DNA from: an uncultured virus (IMG/VR IMGVR_UViG_3300017642_000092)
Taxonomy: Duplodnaviria; Heunggongvirae; Uroviricota; Caudoviricetes
Virus record (IMG/VR): IMGVR_UViG_3300017642_000092
Direction: 5' to 3' (one strand)
DNA: 20,000 nt
A model generated the notes under the pieces. It was not told where the DNA came from. It made no database searches and was given only the letters and a program-made list of their open reading frames with translations. The position numbers and the translations under genes are program-made. Positions 16,504-20,000 of the stretch are shown in pieces. Position 1 is the stretch's first letter; every line of letters begins with the position of its first letter.

Positions 16504-18093
16504 CTAAAAAATAACCTTATTTTGTGTCTGACATTGGATATTAGGATACTCGTCCAGATAATTCAGAGAAATATCCAGCCTGCCGTCCGGCCAGATTGTT
16601 ACACGCTCAAGCAGGTCAGACGCGATCTCGTTTGTCAGTTCGTCCAGTTCCGTGTATTTTCCATAGCTCTCAACAAAAAGATTGTGCTGCGACTTTGCTT
16701 TGAAAATGCGTTGTTCTATGGATTCTATTTTTTCGGAGATTGCTTTAAGGTGCTGCCGTAAGGCGGCTTTTTTTGTTATGTATATATCCCGGTTCAGTTT
16801 TCCATCCACAAAAGCCTCATACAATCCCCGGTTCTGTTCTGTGATCCGTTCCTGCAACACCTGAAGATTGCGAAGCTCTGCCCGCATGGATAAAACACAC
16901 GATTCTTGCTGTTTCCGGCGAGCTTCCATAATGCGGCCCGCTTCCACTGCGCACTGGGCCTGCATCCGTATGGCCTCTGTCACTGCGTCCAGTATTTCGC
17001 TCTCAAATATTTTGTCACGGCAGCATCCCGCGTCAGGTAAGCTGGTTGGGGTATCACAGCGGTAATAAGGAGCCTTTTTCGCTCTCCGGACAATTGCCAT
17101 TCCGCAGATACCACAATACACTTTTCGATGCAGCGGATAATCCTGTTTGACATGTCCGCTTGTCTGCCTGAACTCACCGCCAAGTTGTTCCTGCGCTTTC
17201 AGAAACAGCTCTTTTGATACGATGGGGTCATGGCGGTCATCCACGACAATCCAATCATCCGGCTTGGCTTTCACCTGCCGGTGGACACCGATCTGATCGC
17301 GGACGCGCTTGCCGTAAACAAAACTCCCGATATATTGCCGGTCACGTATAATCCAGGAAACCATTTTCCGGCTCCAAAAATTTTTGCCCGACCAGTTCGC
17401 GTGCGCGCTGGAAGTACCGGCCTTGTTTGCTGATGGCGTGGGGGCGTGTTCCGCATTGAGAACCTGCGCGACCTTCGCCGTTGAGTTTCCTTCCGTGACC
17501 ATACAGAAGATTCGCTTTACAACGTCTGCTGCCTCCGAGTCTATCATGAGATGATGTCTGTCGCACGGGTCCTTGACATACCCATACGGGGCAACCGGGT
17601 TGATGTACACGCCGCGCTCCGCCAGATTCTTCTTTGCGCTTCGAACCTTTCTGGAAAGGTCGCGGCTGTACAGATCATAAATCAAGGTACGGAATGATGT
17701 ATCCAAGCTGTCAAGGTCGCCCTTGCGCTGGCTGTCAAATTTGTCGTTAACAGAGATGAAGCGGACGCCGAGAAATGGAAACACGCGGGAAATATAATTG
17801 CCGACCGTGATGTAATCCCTTCCAAATCGGGATAGGTCTTTCACAACGATACATTGAACGCTGCCGTTCCGCGCCGCCTCAATCAGACGTTTCACGCCGG
17901 GCCGGTCAAAATTCTTGCCACTGTAGCCGTCGTCGCAGAACTCCATGATTTCAGCGCCGCAAAGCTCCGGAGAGGTGCGGATATAATCGACAAGCATACC
18001 CCGTTGATTGGTGATGCTCTCAGATTCCAGCTTGTCACTGCTTGACAGGTCGCCGTCCTCAAGAGACAACCGTATATAAATTGCAATCGTCAT
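16504..18093 (-). CDS. Large serine recombinase (529 aa)
   Basis: YIRLS catalytic Ser, DDGYSG, VKDLSRFGR, APYGY recombinase domain, CGICG...YRC...C zinc ribbon and coiled coil. Confidence 0.93.
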   Translation of the reverse strand: MTIAIYIRLSLEDGDLSSSDKLESESITNQRGMLVDYIRTSPELCGAEIMEFCDDGYSGKNFDRPGVKRLIEAARNGSVQCIVVKDLSRFGRDYITVGNYISRVFPFLGVRFISVNDKFDSQRKGDLDSLDTSFRTLIYDLYSRDLSRKVRSAKKNLAERGVYINPVAPYGYVKDPCDRHHLMIDSEAADVVKRIFCMVTEGNSTAKVAQVLNAEHAPTPSANKAGTSSAHANWSGKNFWSRKMVSWIIRDRQYIGSFVYGKRVRDQIGVHRQVKAKPDDWIVVDDRHDPIVSKELFLKAQEQLGGEFRQTSGHVKQDYPLHRKVYCGICGMAIVRRAKKAPYYRCDTPTSLPDAGCCRDKIFESEILDAVTEAIRMQAQCAVEAGRIMEARRKQQESCVLSMRAELRNLQVLQERITEQNRGLYEAFVDGKLNRDIYITKKAALRQHLKAISEKIESIEQRIFKAKSQHNLFVESYGKYTELDELTNEIASDLLERVTIWPDGRLDISLNYLDEYPNIQCQTQNKVIF

Positions 18094-19784
18094 ACCGCCG
18101 CCGCCCCCGTAAAGCGCGTCAGCGCCTCAAATTCGTCCTGATAGTTAAACCTGATATGCAGTTCGCTGTTATCGCTGACCTCAATTCTTGCAATCAGGGC
18201 ATGGATCAGTTCTTCCGATAAGCCCTCAATGCTCTGAAATTTTCGTATTTCCGTAAACATGGGATTGACCGGGGAGTACCGTTCCAGCTCCTTACGCTGT
18301 CGTTTGAGGGTGTCCAGATGTTCCGCACATTCATCGCAAAGTGCCCGATAATTACCCTTCATTGCGGTATATTCCTGACGGGTCACGATACCGTCCACAA
18401 GGCTCTGATACAGGCCGTCGTACAGCGCCTGACTGCGCGTAAGCTCGCGTTCCGCCGCCGTAATCTGTGATTCCAGTGTATGCTTTCTGTCTGCGGATTC
18501 CGCTTCCCATATCGCCTTGACGCGCTTTTCCAGATCGGTCACAGCGTCAATGTGACGGCGTATGGCTGTTCCGACAACTTCCAACAGTTCGCGTTCCTTC
18601 AGGTTCTTTTGAGAACACGCGGAGGGCTTATTCAAAGCGGTCAGGCAAATATAGCTGTAGTAATATACCTTTTTATCCTGCCAGTTGGAATAGACCTGAC
18701 GGCGGGACAGAGCCTTACCGCAGTCCGCGCAGTAGACAAGCCTCCGGAACATATTGGGCGTTTTTATGCCGCCGATGTTTTCCAGCGAGGCAAAGTATGC
18801 TTCCGAACGCTCTTTTGAAAGCACCTGCGCGGATTGGAAAGTCTGTTCGTCAATGATCGCCTCATGCGTGTTTTTAGTGATCCGCCATTCGTCAGACGGC
18901 GCGTACCGCTCCTTTCGGGCCTGCTTGTAAGACTGCTGTGTCCGCTTACCTTGCACCAGATGGCCGAGATAAACCTCATTTTGCAGGATTTCCTTAACAT
19001 TCCAAGGTGTCCAGAGCGTATCGCGGTATTTTTCATTCCGCGAGAGGCCGACATGATAAAGGTACGCGGACGGGGACAGAACGCCACGTTTGTTGAGTTG
19101 CCGCACGATGCCGGTATAGCCCATGCCTGTCAGCCGCAGCGCGAATATTTCCCGTACAATCGGCGCTGTTTCCGCGTTAATATCAAGGTGATGCCGGTCA
19201 GTCTCACTTTTTCTATACCCGTAAGGTGCCCATACGCCGATGAACTCGCCGCGCTTTTCCTTGGAGGCGATGGCGCTGGATATTTTCTGTGAGATATCCC
19301 GGCTGTACGTCTCGTTCATCAGGTTTTTCAGCGGAACGATAAAGCCGTATTCATTCCGCTCGGCGGTCAGGGTATCGAAATTATCGTTTATGGCGATGAA
19401 CCGCACGTTCAGGAACGGGAAAATGCGCTCCAGATAATTACCGGTTTCCTTATAATTCCGCCCAAAACGGGATAAATCCTTAACCACGATGCAGTCGATC
19501 TCACCGCGCCGGACACGTTCCATAAGCTTTTCAAACTCCGGACGCTCAAAGTCGGTGCCGGTATGTCCGTTGTCGCACCACAAGCCCACTAGAGTAAGTG
19601 CCTTGACATTTTCAATGTATTGGGTTATAAATTGCTTTTGGCTTTCCAGCGTGTCCGCCCCCGGCCTGCCACCGTCCTCCACGGAGAGCCGGACATAACC
19701 TGCCGTGCGATAGGTTTTTTCTGTGGGCGTCGGAGCAGCGGCCTCCGGTCGGATTGGGCTGACCTTGCGTTTTGTCCGTGCCAT
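18090..19784 (-). CDS. Large serine recombinase (564 aa)
   Basis: YVRLS, DNGHTG, VKDLSRFGR, APYGY and CADCG...YIC...C. ATGA overlap with the downstream recombinase. Confidence 0.93.
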   Translation of the reverse strand: MARTKRKVSPIRPEAAAPTPTEKTYRTAGYVRLSVEDGGRPGADTLESQKQFITQYIENVKALTLVGLWCDNGHTGTDFERPEFEKLMERVRRGEIDCIVVKDLSRFGRNYKETGNYLERIFPFLNVRFIAINDNFDTLTAERNEYGFIVPLKNLMNETYSRDISQKISSAIASKEKRGEFIGVWAPYGYRKSETDRHHLDINAETAPIVREIFALRLTGMGYTGIVRQLNKRGVLSPSAYLYHVGLSRNEKYRDTLWTPWNVKEILQNEVYLGHLVQGKRTQQSYKQARKERYAPSDEWRITKNTHEAIIDEQTFQSAQVLSKERSEAYFASLENIGGIKTPNMFRRLVYCADCGKALSRRQVYSNWQDKKVYYYSYICLTALNKPSACSQKNLKERELLEVVGTAIRRHIDAVTDLEKRVKAIWEAESADRKHTLESQITAAERELTRSQALYDGLYQSLVDGIVTRQEYTAMKGNYRALCDECAEHLDTLKRQRKELERYSPVNPMFTEIRKFQSIEGLSEELIHALIARIEVSDNSELHIRFNYQDEFEALTRFTGAAAV

Positions 19785-20000
19785 TTATACCGCCTCCTTT
19801 GCCGCACGGCTGAGAATATCAAGCTGCCATTCAAATTCATCCTGCCAGCGATACTCGTGCAGTTCCGGATGCGCTTTTAGATAATCGCGCAAAAGCTCGC
19901 GCTGGCCCGTGATGCTGTTCGATTCTTCTTTATCCCCATCCTCGCGGGATAGGCGAAGATACAGCGTCGCGTTCCAAGTTTGGATGATTTCGTTATTCAT
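19785..20000 (-). pseudogene. Large serine recombinase with a large in-frame internal deletion (71 aa)
   Basis: N-terminal YLRLSREDGDKEESNSITGQRELL is joined at HEY|RWQDEF to a typical C-terminal tail. The stop abuts the next start (TAAATG). Confidence 0.85.

Larger units (their letters stand above)
16483..20000 (-). mobile_element. End of an integrative element with a triple large-serine-recombinase cassette (continues beyond the window)
   Basis: Three tandem, translationally coupled recombinase genes ending about 20 bp from an abrupt junction inside an integrase gene. Confidence 0.75.

Noticed and set aside
16076..16514. Short ORFs 16076..16339, 16180..16380, 16218..16514 and 16247..16507
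   Set aside because: They cross the terminator and repeats or lie antisense to the integrase remnant, with no clear RBS or protein-like composition.
169..19880. Numerous other 60-220 aa ORFs antisense to or nested in the main genes
   Set aside because: They are shadow ORFs of long, motif-bearing genes and have no independent support.

Overview
Accessory DNA that appears to come from a Clostridia-like (Bacillota) genome, in three blocks. (1) 1-2800, minus strand, visibly GC-rich: the early/replication end of a prophage-like element. A sigma-70 region-4 protein with a long structured 5' leader is followed by two small ORFs, a DUF2800 Cas4-like nuclease and a partial DUF2815 ssDNA-binding protein. 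(2) 3015-16072, plus strand, more AT-rich: a divergently transcribed defence island. It holds two paralogous XRE-HTH genes coupled to an intact type I R-M operon (hsdM-hsdS-hsdR), a nuclease-less protein with a SeqA-C-like domain, and a scrambled mosaic of GmrSD(DUF262), RecD-like helicase and McrC fragments. It ends with a small hypothetical gene and a 799-aa membrane protein with a glycine zipper. (3) 16081-20000: a 20-bp-period repeat array and terminator, the 3' remnant of a tyrosine integrase, and the end of a second element with three tandem large serine recombinases (the first internally deleted) that seems to have inserted into the integrase's catalytic motif. No rRNA, tRNA or CRISPR array was seen. 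Family assignments are from motif recognition, not database searches.
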